Assembly: GCA_963744995.1 (NCBI GenBank)
Contig: CAVUWA010000004.1
Coordinates: 256,001-320,000 of the forward strand
DNA length: 64,000 nucleotides
Direction: 5' to 3'
Source: Candidatus Eiseniibacteriota bacterium
GTDB lineage: Bacteria > Eisenbacteria > RBG-16-71-46
The translations under genes were made by a program, and so were the position numbers. Below the pieces are notes generated by a model. That model had not been told where the DNA came from. It was given only the letters and a program-made list of their open reading frames with translations, and ran no database searches. Within the stretch, counting starts at the first letter, position 1, and each line of letters starts with the position of its first letter. This document shows, in pieces, positions 27,077-40,657 of the stretch.

Positions 27077-27718
27077 GTGCATCCCGATCCCCTGCGAACG
27101 CTCGCCGTGCTCGCCTCCGGACAGGGCACCAACTTCGAAGCGCTCGCGCGCGCCGCCGCGCGGCGCGAACTGGGCGGTCGTATCGCCGTGCTTCTCTCCG
27201 ATCGTCCCGATGCGCCCGCGCTGGACCGCGCACGCCGCCACGGCATCGAGGCGCTGCATCTTCCGCCCGGGCGCTTTCGCACCCGGCTCGAGGACGAGGC
27301 GTCGTGGATCGACGCGCTCACCGCACGCGGGATCGAAGTGGTGCTGCTCGCCGGATTCATGCGCCGCCTCCACGACCCGTTCCTCGCCGCGTTCCCGGGC
27401 GGAATCCTCAATCTTCATCCCTCGCTGCTGCCGGCGTTCCCGGGGCTCGACGCGATCGGACAGGCGTTCCGGCACGGCGTGCAGCTGACCGGCTGCACGG
27501 TGCATCTCGTGGACGGCGGGCTCGACAGCGGCCCGATCGTCGCGCAGCGCGCGATCGAGGTGCGCGACGACGACACGCTCGAGTCGCTCGCGGCCCGCAT
27601 GCACGAGGCCGAGCACGCGCTCTACCCGTACGCCGTGCGGCGCTACCTCACCGAGCCCTGGCGGATCGAGGGGCGGCGGCTGGTGTTCGAGCGCGCCTCC
27701 GAGGCGAGCCGTGGCTGA
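27077..27718 (+). CDS. purN: Phosphoribosylglycinamide formyltransferase
   Basis: SGQGTNFEA, LAGFMR, LNLHPSLLPAFPG, GCTVH, DSGPI. Confidence 0.96.
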   Translation: MHPDPLRTLAVLASGQGTNFEALARAAARRELGGRIAVLLSDRPDAPALDRARRHGIEALHLPPGRFRTRLEDEASWIDALTARGIEVVLLAGFMRRLHDPFLAAFPGGILNLHPSLLPAFPGLDAIGQAFRHGVQLTGCTVHLVDGGLDSGPIVAQRAIEVRDDDTLESLAARMHEAEHALYPYAVRRYLTEPWRIEGRRLVFERASEASRG

Positions 27719-28478
27719 GCGCACGCCCCTGGACGCCGTGCTGCTCGACGCCGGCGGCACGCTGGTGCGGCTCGACTACGAATGGATCGCGGAAACGGTG
27801 TCGGCGCTCGGCCATGCCGTGGACGCCGCGACGCTCAGGCGCGCGGAAATCGAAGGGCGCCGTCGTTACGATGCGAGCGGCGGCACGCCGCTCGGGGAGG
27901 AAGAGCGGCATCCCGCGCTCGGCAGCAGCGGCGACATCCGCGCCTACTTTGCCGGCATGCTGGAGGCTGCCGGCGTGCCGCCGGCGCTCGCCGGGCCCGC
28001 CGAAGCCGCGATGCACGCGCGGCAGGCCGGGACGATCGGATTGTGGGCGCGCACGGTGGAAGGCGCGCCCGCGGCGCTCGCCGGCCTGCGCTCGCTCGGG
28101 CTCCGGCTGGCCGTGGTGTCGAACTCGGACGGCCGCGCCGAAGCGCATCTCGTTCATGGCGGCGTGCGCGAGGGAATCGAGTTCGTCGTCGACTCGCAGC
28201 TCGTCGGCGTCGAGAAGCCCGATCCCGGCATCTTTCGCATCGCGCTCGAACGCATGGGTGTTGCGGCGCAACGCGCGCTCTACGTGGGTGACATCCGCTC
28301 GGTGGACGAGCGCGGCGCCCGCGCCGCCGGGATGCACGTCGTGATCCTCGACCCGTACGGCGACTACGTACCGGCGGAGCGCGCGGCGGTCGCGGCGATC
28401 GGCGACCTGCCGGCCTGGATCCGGACCCGCTTCGAAACCCCGAACGAGGCCGCGCGCGCCGCCGCGCGGGACTCATGA
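27711..28478 (+). CDS. HAD-superfamily hydrolase (subfamily IA)
   Basis: LLDAGGTL, VVSN, EKPDPGIF, YVGDIRSVD. Confidence 0.9.
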   Translation: MAERTPLDAVLLDAGGTLVRLDYEWIAETVSALGHAVDAATLRRAEIEGRRRYDASGGTPLGEEERHPALGSSGDIRAYFAGMLEAAGVPPALAGPAEAAMHARQAGTIGLWARTVEGAPAALAGLRSLGLRLAVVSNSDGRAEAHLVHGGVREGIEFVVDSQLVGVEKPDPGIFRIALERMGVAAQRALYVGDIRSVDERGARAAGMHVVILDPYGDYVPAERAAVAAIGDLPAWIRTRFETPNEAARAAARDS

Positions 28479-28496
28479 CCGAGGAGGACATCCACG

Positions 28497-29428
<932 letters not shown>

Positions 29429-29432
<4 letters not shown>

Positions 29433-30988
29433 CCCCGGGCGCGCCTGCCGGCTGGCCGCGCACCGCGCTGCTGTCCCTCGCCGACAAGCGCGGCGCCGCC
29501 GCGTTCGCGCGCGCGCTCGCCGCGCGGGGCACGAAACTGATCGCCTCGGGCGGGACCGCGAAGGCGCTCGAGACGGAGGGGCTCGAGGTCACCGCGGTCG
29601 AGAAGTGGACCGGCTTCAGCGATCTGCTCGGCGGCCGCGTGAAGACGCTGCATCCGCACGTCCATGCGCCGATCCTGGCGCGGCGCGCCGTGCGCGAGGA
29701 CATCGCCGCGCTCGCCGAACGCGAGCTCGAGCCGATCGATCTGGTGGCGGTGACGCTCTATCCGTTCGAGTCGCGCGCCCCGGGGCTCGACGAGGCCGGC
29801 GCGGTCGAGGAGATCGACATCGGCGGCGTCGCGCTGCTGCGCGGCGCGGCCAAGAATTTCGCCGACGTGATCGTGGTGCACGCGGCCTCGCAGTACGACG
29901 AGGTGCTGGCGGCGCTCGAAGCGGGCGTGACGCTCGAGCAGCGGCGGGTCTGGGCCGCGGCGACCTTCGCGCGCACGTCGCGCTACGACGCCGCGATCGC
30001 CGCGGATCTCGCGCGGCGCGGTGCGGCGGGGGGCGAGGCGGACGCGCTTCCGGCGCGCATCGACTTCGCGCTCGAGCGGGTGCGCGGGCTGCGCTACGGC
30101 GAGAACCCGCACCAGCATGCCGCGCTCTACCTGCGCGCGGGCGACGCGGGCGGCCTGCAGGCGACGCGTGAAGGCAAGGCGCTTTCGTACAACAATCTGG
30201 TGGACCTCGAAGCGGCGGTGAGGCTCGCCGGCGACTTCGCGGACCCGGCGTGCGTGATCGTGAAACACAACGAGCCGTGCGGCGCTGCGATCGGCGGCAC
30301 GCCGGCCGAGGCCTACGACGCGGCGCTCGCCTCGGATCCGCTCTCGGCGTTCGGCGGGATCGTCGCGTTCAACCGCCCGCTCGACGCCGACACCGCGGCG
30401 CGGGTGGCGAAACAGTTCGTCGAGTGCGTGGCCGCGCCGGAGATCGGAGCGGCGGCGCGCGCGGCGCTCGCCGCCAGGAAGAACCTGCGCGTCATCGAGC
30501 TGGCCGCGGCCGGCGTCGCCATGCCCGGCGCGCTCGCGCTGCGCTTCGTCGGGCCATGGGCACTCGTGCAGTCGGACGATCCGGCGCCGGCGCCCGAGTG
30601 GCGCGTGGTCACGCGCCGCGAGCCGGGCGAGCTCGAATGGGCGGCGCTGCGCTTCGCCTGGCGGGTCGCCGCCGCGGCACGCAGCAACGCGATCGTGATC
30701 GCGCGCGGCGAGGCGCTGATCGGGCTCGGCTCCGGCCAGACGAGCCGCGTGGACGCGGTGGATCTCGCCCTGATGAAGGCGAAACGCTCGGGCCACGAGG
30801 CGCAGGGCGCGGTGCTGGCCTCGGACGGGTTCTTCCCGTTCGCGGACAACGTCGAGCATGCGGCGCAGGCCGGCATCACGGCGATCGTCCAGCCCGGCGG
30901 CTCGGTGCGCGACGCCGAGGTGATCGAGGCCGCCGACCGGTTCGGCATCGCGATGGTGTTCACGGATCGCCGGGTGTTCCGGCACTGA
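29429..30988 (+). CDS. purH: Bifunctional AICAR transformylase/IMP cyclohydrolase
   Basis: GGRVKTLHP, IDIGG, LRYGENPHQ, KHNEPCG, SAFGGI, ASDGFFPF, QPGGS, RVFRH. Confidence 0.96.
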
Positions 30989-30998
30989 TGGAGGACGG

Positions 30999-32726
30999 GT
31001 GAGCGCTCGAACGCGCAGCGTGAAGAAGACCAGGCGGAACGCCGGGACGCCGCTGCCGCGCGCCACCTCCCGCGCCGGTCGGGCTTCCCGCTCCGCCGCG
31101 GCGGCGAACGGCGCCGCCGCGGCGCGGCGCCGGGCCGGGGCCAGGGCGCGTCCGGGCGCGACGCGGCCCGCCGCGGCGCCGAAACGCACGGCGCGCGAAC
31201 TGGCCCTGATCCTCGACTTCGGCTCGCAGTACACGCAGTTGATCGCCAGGCGCGTGCGCGAGCTGGGCGTCTACTCCGAGATCGTTCCCGGCACCACGCC
31301 GATCGACGCGATCCGCGCGCGGCGGCCGTCGGTGCTGATCCTCTCGGGGTCGCCGGCGAGTGGCTACCGCGACGCGGCGCCGCTCCCGGACGCGGGCATC
31401 TACGGACTCCACCTGCCGCTGCTCGGAATCTGCTACGGCTTCCAGGTCACCACGCAGCTCACCGGCGGCCGCGTGGCGAAGGCCGAGCGCGCCGAGTACG
31501 GCATCGCGACGTTCGTGCAGGACGCGTCGTCGCCGCTGTTCGCGGGCGTGCCGAAGCGCTTCCGCGCCTGGATGAGCCATGGCGACGAGGTGCAGTCGCT
31601 CGGGCCGGGCTGGGTGAAGGTCGCGCATACCTCGAACTGCACGTTTGCCGCCGCGCGTCACGAGCGGGAGCCGTTTCACCTGATCCAGTTCCATCCCGAG
31701 GTCGTGCACTCGCCGTACGGGAAGAAGGTGCTCGAGAACTTCCTGTTCCGCGTGGCGCGGCTCGAGGGCGGCTGGAGCATGAAGCGTTTCCTCCAGCGCG
31801 CGGTGAAGGAGATCCGCGCGCAGGTCGGGGACGGCCGCATCCTCTGCGGGCTCTCGGGCGGCGTGGACAGCAGCGTCGCCGCCACGCTCTGCCACCGCGC
31901 GATCGGCGAGCGGCTCACCTGTGTGATGGTGGACCACGGCCTGCTGCGCGCGGGCGAGGTCGCGGAGGTGCGCCGGGAACTCGGCGAGAAGCGCGGCCTC
32001 CGGCTCGACGTCGTGGACGCGAGCCGACGCTTCCTCGCGAAGCTGGACGGCGTGACCGACCCGGAGCAGAAGCGCAAGATCATCGGCAACGAGTTCATCG
32101 CCGTGTTCGAGGAAGAGGCGAGGAAGATCGGGCCGGTGGAGTTCCTGGCCCAGGGCACGCTCTACCCGGACGTGGTCGAGAGCGCCAGCGTCGGTTTCGG
32201 CTCCCAGGTGATCAAGTCGCACCACAACGTCGGCGGGTTGCCGGCGCGCATGCGGCTGAAACTGGTGGAGCCGTTGCGCTGGCTGTTCAAAGACGAGGTG
32301 CGCGAGCTGGGGCGCGCGCTCGGACTGCCCGGCCATCTGGTGGACCGGCACCCGTTCCCGGGGCCGGGGCTCGCGGTGCGGATCCTGGGCGCGGTGAACC
32401 GGGCGGACCTCGACGTGCTGCGCCGCGCGGATGCGATCTACATCGAGGAGCTCAGGCGTGCGAAGTGGTACGGACGCACCTGGCAGGCGTTCGCGGTGCT
32501 GCTGCCCGTACACACGGTGGGCGTGAAGGGCGACGAGCGCTCCTACGAGAAGGTGATCGCGCTGCGTGCGGTGAACAGCTCCGACGGCATGACCGCGGAC
32601 TGGACGCGGCTGCCGGCCTCGCTGCTCGGCCGCGTGGCGAGCCGCATCGCCAACGAGATTCGCGGCGTGAACCGCGTCGTGTTCGACGTCACCAGCAAGC
32701 CGCCCGCCACGATCGAGTGGGAATAG
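30999..32726 (+). CDS. guaA: GMP synthase (glutamine-hydrolysing) with basic N-terminal extension
   Basis: ILDFGSQYTQLIARR, GICYG, QFHPEV, SGGVDS, KSHHNVGG, KPPATIEWE. Confidence 0.97.
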   Translation: MSARTRSVKKTRRNAGTPLPRATSRAGRASRSAAAANGAAAARRRAGARARPGATRPAAAPKRTARELALILDFGSQYTQLIARRVRELGVYSEIVPGTTPIDAIRARRPSVLILSGSPASGYRDAAPLPDAGIYGLHLPLLGICYGFQVTTQLTGGRVAKAERAEYGIATFVQDASSPLFAGVPKRFRAWMSHGDEVQSLGPGWVKVAHTSNCTFAAARHEREPFHLIQFHPEVVHSPYGKKVLENFLFRVARLEGGWSMKRFLQRAVKEIRAQVGDGRILCGLSGGVDSSVAATLCHRAIGERLTCVMVDHGLLRAGEVAEVRRELGEKRGLRLDVVDASRRFLAKLDGVTDPEQKRKIIGNEFIAVFEEEARKIGPVEFLAQGTLYPDVVESASVGFGSQVIKSHHNVGGLPARMRLKLVEPLRWLFKDEVRELGRALGLPGHLVDRHPFPGPGLAVRILGAVNRADLDVLRRADAIYIEELRRAKWYGRTWQAFAVLLPVHTVGVKGDERSYEKVIALRAVNSSDGMTADWTRLPASLLGRVASRIANEIRGVNRVVFDVTSKPPATIEWE

Positions 32727-32754
32727 CGGGTCCGACGCGACCAGGGAGGGACGC

Positions 32755-34941
32755 GTGAACCGACGTTTCGAGGGAAAGGCGCGCGGCCGCCGTGGCCGCG
32801 CCCGCCCATGGTGGCGGGGCGCGCGGCTGGCCCTGCCGGCGCTGGTCGCGCTGCTGGCACCCGCGTGGCCCGGCCCGGCCCGTGCCGCCGCCGGCGCCGG
32901 CGCCCGCCCGCTGATCACCGTCGAGGGCGACCACACCGTCTGGCATCGTGACGCGCCGATGGGCGAGCCGCCGCTGATCGTTGGCGTCGTGCGCCGCGCG
33001 ATGGCCGCGGCGGGGGACAGCAGCCTGGCGGACAGCGACACCGCGCTGCGGATCCTGTCGCACCACACGCTCACCCGCGGCTGGGCCCTGCTCGAGATCG
33101 GCGCGCGCGCGCTGGCCACGGGCGACTCGGCGCGCGCCGACTCGATCCTGGCGCTCGCGACACGGCCGTTCGGCGTGTGGCAGGCCGACGCCGTACGGCT
33201 GCGTCACGACCTCGCGCTCGCGCGCGCCGATCGCACGGGCGCGCTCGCCGCCCTCGAGGATTCCACGTTCCGGATCGCGGGCGGGCCGCGCCCCGAGTGG
33301 CGGCTGCTCGCCGCGCGGGACCGCGCCGCACTCGGCGACAGCGCTGGCGCGGTGCGCGAGCTCGTGCGCCTGGCGACCGCGGGCGCGCCGCGCGACTCGG
33401 CCGCCTCGGCCGCCGATCTGCTCGATGCGCTGCTCGCGGCCGGCCGGGCGGGGGCCGCGGAGGAGCGCGCGGCGGCCACGCTGCGCGGACTGGCCCGCGA
33501 CTGGGACGCGCAGGCGCGGCACCTGCAACGTGCGCAGGCGCTCACGAGCGATGCGCGCGAGCGGTTCGAGATCGGGCTGGACCTCGGCGCGGCGGAGCGC
33601 CATGCGCGGCGCTACGCCGGCGCGCGCGCCGCGCTGCGGGCGCTGCGCGCGCCGGCGGACGCCGACAGCGTGCGCATGGCGGTGGATCGCGGCCGGAGGC
33701 TGCTCGCGCTCGGCGACGTCGAGCGCGCCGCGCAGCGCCCGACGTCGGCGGACGCCGACTACGCGGCCGCCCGCGGGGCCGTGGCCGGGGTGCGCCGGAA
33801 CGCCGCCGCCTACGCCGTCTACCGCGACGCGGTGCAGCGTCGCTCGGACCTCGCGCTCTCGCGCGGCCACGAGTCCCTCGCGCGCCGCGTGCTCACCGGG
33901 GCGACGCCGGCGGCGGGCGATCGCGGCGCCTGGGCGCTGCGCGCAGGGGTGCTGTCGCTGCTGCTCGGCGAACCCGGCGCAGCCGTTCGGCACTTCGAGG
34001 CGGCGGACGACGGCGGCTTCTGGCTCGGCGTGACGCGCCGGCGCAGCGCGCCGGCCGCGGGCGACAGCCTGCTGCGCGCGGCGGCCGAGAGCGACGACTT
34101 CGACTTCTACGCCGCGGCCGCGCGCGAGAGCCTCGGGCTCGCGCCGCACGCGATCGTGCCCGCGAGCGGGGCGCCCGCGCCGGACGGGCCGGCGTGGGTC
34201 CGCGAAGCGGAGCTGCTCCTGTGGCTCGGACTCGACGACGCGGCGGGCACGCTGGTCGAGCGCTCGATCGACTGGCAGGCAGGAGTGCGCGCCCGCGGCG
34301 CGTTTGCCGAGATGGAGTTCACCGAGAACGCGCACTGGCTGCGCGCGGCGCGGGTGGCCTACGCGGCGGGCCGTCCGGCGATCGGCATCCGCCTCGCGTA
34401 TCGTGCGCGCTGGAGCGCGCGGCACGGTCTGGCCATGGATCTCGACCGCGCGAGCGTGCTGCCGTGGCTCTACCCGCCGGCCTATGATTCGCTCTACGCC
34501 GCGTACGGGAAGGGGGCCGGCGTGGATCCCGCGCTGCTCGCGGCGATCGGATGGCAGGAGAGCTTCTTCGATGCGCAGGCGGTGTCGCGTGCGGGCGCGC
34601 TCGGCGTGATGCAGTTCATGCCGGCCACCGCCCGGCTGGTGGCGCGGCGCATGGGGGAGCCCGCGCCGTCCAGGGAGGATCTGCTGGTGGCCGATCGCAG
34701 CATCCGGCTCGGCGCCGACTACTTCGCGGGGCTGCTGCGCCAGTTCGACGGGGCGGTGCCGCCGGCGCTCGCCGCCTACAACGCGGGCCCCGGTCGCGCC
34801 CGCGCCTGGATCCGGCGCGCCAACGGCGACACCGGCGCGCTGTTCTGCGAGGTGATCGGCTTCGACGAAACCATCAACTACGTGAAGAACATTCTCGGCG
34901 CCTGGCAGGCGTACCGGTGGTTGAGGCCGCGATGGGAATGA
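32755..34941 (+). CDS. Slt-like soluble lytic transglycosylase with helical N-terminal region
   Basis: QESFFD, SRAGALGVMQFMPATA, ALAAYNAGPG, ETINYVKNI. Confidence 0.88.
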   Translation: MNRRFEGKARGRRGRARPWWRGARLALPALVALLAPAWPGPARAAAGAGARPLITVEGDHTVWHRDAPMGEPPLIVGVVRRAMAAAGDSSLADSDTALRILSHHTLTRGWALLEIGARALATGDSARADSILALATRPFGVWQADAVRLRHDLALARADRTGALAALEDSTFRIAGGPRPEWRLLAARDRAALGDSAGAVRELVRLATAGAPRDSAASAADLLDALLAAGRAGAAEERAAATLRGLARDWDAQARHLQRAQALTSDARERFEIGLDLGAAERHARRYAGARAALRALRAPADADSVRMAVDRGRRLLALGDVERAAQRPTSADADYAAARGAVAGVRRNAAAYAVYRDAVQRRSDLALSRGHESLARRVLTGATPAAGDRGAWALRAGVLSLLLGEPGAAVRHFEAADDGGFWLGVTRRRSAPAAGDSLLRAAAESDDFDFYAAAARESLGLAPHAIVPASGAPAPDGPAWVREAELLLWLGLDDAAGTLVERSIDWQAGVRARGAFAEMEFTENAHWLRAARVAYAAGRPAIGIRLAYRARWSARHGLAMDLDRASVLPWLYPPAYDSLYAAYGKGAGVDPALLAAIGWQESFFDAQAVSRAGALGVMQFMPATARLVARRMGEPAPSREDLLVADRSIRLGADYFAGLLRQFDGAVPPALAAYNAGPGRARAWIRRANGDTGALFCEVIGFDETINYVKNILGAWQAYRWLRPRWE

Positions 34942-35026
34942 GCGCACCGCGCCGCGCCGCGCCGGATCGGGCGTGCGCCTGCAGGCGGGTCCGGCACGCC
35001 GCCCTCCCCGTGCGGGGCGGACGGCC

Positions 35027-35662
35027 GTGAGCGCGCGCCGTCCGGTCGGCCCGGGCTCGCGCCGCTACATGAACGAGGCGGGACGCAAGGCGATCCACCT
35101 CACCTTCGCGCTCCTGCCGCTGCAGATGATCTACGACGTGCTGCCGTGGCCGCGCTCGAACGCCGAGTTCCGAATCTCCCTGCTCGCGCTCGGAGTGGTG
35201 TTCCTGGCCATCGACTGGCTGCGGATGCACGAGCGCCGCTTCCGCGCCCTGTTCCGGCGCTTCTTCAGCGGCATGGTGCGGGAGCACGAGGCGTTCACCA
35301 TGCTCGGCTCCTCGTATCTGGTGCTGGCGGCGATCATCGCGGTGTCGATCTTCCCGCGGCCGGTGGCGGCGGCAGCGCTCGGGTTCACGATCCTCGGTGA
35401 CGCAGCGGCGGCCATGGTCGGCCGAGGCTGGGGCCGCATCCCGATGTACGGCAAGACGCTGGAAGGGGCGCTCGGCGGGCTCGCGGTCTGCATCGGGTGG
35501 GGGGCGCTGGTACACGCGGCGACCGGGCTGCCCTGGGAGGTCGTCATCGCCGGGGCTCTGACCGCAAGTCTGATCGAGCTCCTGCCGATACCCATGGACG
35601 ACAACCTCGGCATGACCCTCATCGCGGGTTTTGCGATGCGCTTCCTCTGGAACGCCGGATGA
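35027..35662 (+). CDS. Polyprenol/phytol/diacylglycerol kinase (SEC59/VTE5-like) membrane protein
   Basis: [26 protein letters not shown] motifs; alternative start ATG 35069. Confidence 0.85.
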   Translation: MSARRPVGPGSRRYMNEAGRKAIHLTFALLPLQMIYDVLPWPRSNAEFRISLLALGVVFLAIDWLRMHERRFRALFRRFFSGMVREHEAFTMLGSSYLVLAAIIAVSIFPRPVAAAALGFTILGDAAAAMVGRGWGRIPMYGKTLEGALGGLAVCIGWGALVHAATGLPWEVVIAGALTASLIELLPIPMDDNLGMTLIAGFAMRFLWNAG

Positions 35663-36603
35663 GCCCACGCCCGACCGATTCGAAGACCCCGGATCTCCAG
35701 CACGTCAAGCAGCTGGCCACGCAGGGCCGGATCGACGCCGCACTGGAGCGGCTGGATCTGCTGCTCGGCCCGCGGCCGGCGGAGTCGAGCCGGCATGCGG
35801 CGGTGAGCCTGCTGCGCGCGCTCGCGCGCGAGGCGCAGGCGGCAGGGAACCTGTCGGCCACGATCCTGCTGCTGGACACGGCGGTGCGGCTGGCGCCGAC
35901 GTTCGCCGATCTCCAGTACCAGCACGGCACGGCCCTGCTGCTGCGCCAGCAGCGGACCGAGGCCCGGCACGCGTTCGAGCGCGCCCTGAAGATCAATCCC
36001 GACTATCTGGCGCCGCGCATCGAACTCGCGCTGCTCGACGCGCGCGACGGCATGCTCGGCGACTCGCTCGACGCGCTGCGCGCGATCGCGAACGATCCGC
36101 GCCTCGTCGAGCCCGCCGCGTTCCGGCACGGCATGCAGCGCCTGCAGCAGGCGGACTGGGACGAAGCCGGCTCGCTGCTGCGCCGCGCCCTGCGGCTCAG
36201 CGATCCGGCCCTCGACGTGTTGTTCGAGCGCTATCACGCCTTCATGGATGGCGGTCAGCCCGAGCGCGCCGCCCAGGTCGTGCGCGAGGTGCTGCCGCGC
36301 TTCGACGGATATCCGGATCTGCACTTCCTGCTCGGCAGCGCCGAGCTGCGCGAGGGCCACTTCGACGACGCCATCGTGTCGTTCGCGCGCGCGCTCGAGT
36401 TGAACCCGGGCTTCCACGCGGCGCGCCTGGAGATGGCGCGCTCGCTCGAAGCGATCGGTCAGGTGGACCAGGCCCGCGACCAGGTGGCGTTCGTCCTCGA
36501 GGCGCGCCCGGACGATCCGCTCGCGCTCGAGATGCACGCCCGCTGGTCCGGATCGCGGCGGCACGCCGGAGCCCCCGTCAAACGCGGCCACAAAGAGGCT
36601 TGA
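35659..36603 (+). CDS. Tetratricopeptide repeat protein
   Basis: [36 protein letters not shown]. Confidence 0.85.
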   Translation: MSPRPTDSKTPDLQHVKQLATQGRIDAALERLDLLLGPRPAESSRHAAVSLLRALAREAQAAGNLSATILLLDTAVRLAPTFADLQYQHGTALLLRQQRTEARHAFERALKINPDYLAPRIELALLDARDGMLGDSLDALRAIANDPRLVEPAAFRHGMQRLQQADWDEAGSLLRRALRLSDPALDVLFERYHAFMDGGQPERAAQVVREVLPRFDGYPDLHFLLGSAELREGHFDDAIVSFARALELNPGFHAARLEMARSLEAIGQVDQARDQVAFVLEARPDDPLALEMHARWSGSRRHAGAPVKRGHKEA

Positions 36604-36628
36604 CCGGCCGCCGCGGCCCCGGCACATT
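36600..36628 (+). promoter_or_regulatory. Putative sigma70 promoter of the cold-shock gene
   Basis: TTGACC-N17-CACATT. Confidence 0.45.
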
Positions 36629-36680
36629 GGGGGTGGCTTCGGGCCCTTCTGAGGTTTGGCCATTGCATGGAGGACCACCC

Positions 36681-36881
36681 ATGGCGCGAGGGACCGTCAA
36701 GTGGTTCAGTGAAATGAAAGGTTACGGATTCATCGCTGCCGAGGACCGGCGGGACGTTTTCGTCCACCACTCCTCGATCGAAGGGGAAGGTTTCCGGACG
36801 CTCCAGGAAGGCGAAATGGTGGAGTTCGACATCAAGACGAGTGAACGGGGTGCGGAGGCTGCCCACGTCACGAAGTGCTGA
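36681..36881 (+). CDS. Cold-shock protein (CspA family)
   Basis: [18 protein letters not shown]...[17 protein letters not shown]. Confidence 0.95.
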   Translation: MARGTVKWFSEMKGYGFIAAEDRRDVFVHHSSIEGEGFRTLQEGEMVEFDIKTSERGAEAAHVTKC

Positions 36882-37148
36882 TCGTTTTCGCTCGAAGCCT
36901 GCGCGACCCGATGCCTGCCATCGGGTCGTCGCTTTTCTCCCCGATCGACGCCTCACCGAACCTCGGCGCCCGCTCCCGCATCCCAGCGGAGCGGGCGGCC
37001 TTGCGCAAATCGGCGCAAAAGGCCAACGTAGGCCCCATATGAAAGGTATGGCCGGGGGAGCCCGGAGGTCCGCACGCCGGATGGGCGGGGATCTTCGCGA
37101 CCGGCGCGCCGACCGTCCCCATTTGACACGGCCTCTATTCTGACGCCC

Positions 37149-40168
<3,020 letters not shown>

Positions 40169-40169
<1 letters not shown>

Positions 40170-40657
40170 TGCGTGACGCTCGCGGTGACGCCGCCGTTCT
40201 CAAGCTGCTCAGGCTCCTCTCGGACCATCTCGAAGACTTCCTCGAAGGCGGCGATCTCTCGTTCGACACGCTGGGCGAGGTGATCGAAGAGGGCGACTAC
40301 GGCGCCGACGACATCCAGGCCGCGATCTGGGTGCTGCGCGGCTTCGGCGGCGATTTCGACGTCGAGGTGCCCGCTTCGATCGAAGGCCTGCCGGGTAAAC
40401 GTGCGCTGCGGGTGTGGAGCGCCGAGGAACGCGATTCCGTGAGCCCCGAGGCATGGGGGTATCTGATCGATCTGCGCCGCCGCGGCGCGCTCGATCACGA
40501 TCAGTTCGAACGCGTGCTGGACCTGCTGACCACCAGCGGGGTGCGGCCCGTGGGCCTGGAGCTGGCCCGCGAGGTGGCCGCGCGCGTGGCGTTGCAGGTG
40601 GAGGACCGGGAAGGAGGCGCCGGAACCGGGCATGCCGAAGTCGACCTCGCGAACTGA
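40169..40657 (+). CDS. smg: DUF494/Smg family protein
   Basis: DDIQAAIWVL, RVWSAEE...EAWGYL...QFERV pattern; usual position upstream of topA. Confidence 0.75.

Noticed and set aside
36882..37148. csp-secA intergenic region as an RNA gene
   Set aside because: No tRNA, SRP, tmRNA or 6S hallmarks recognised.
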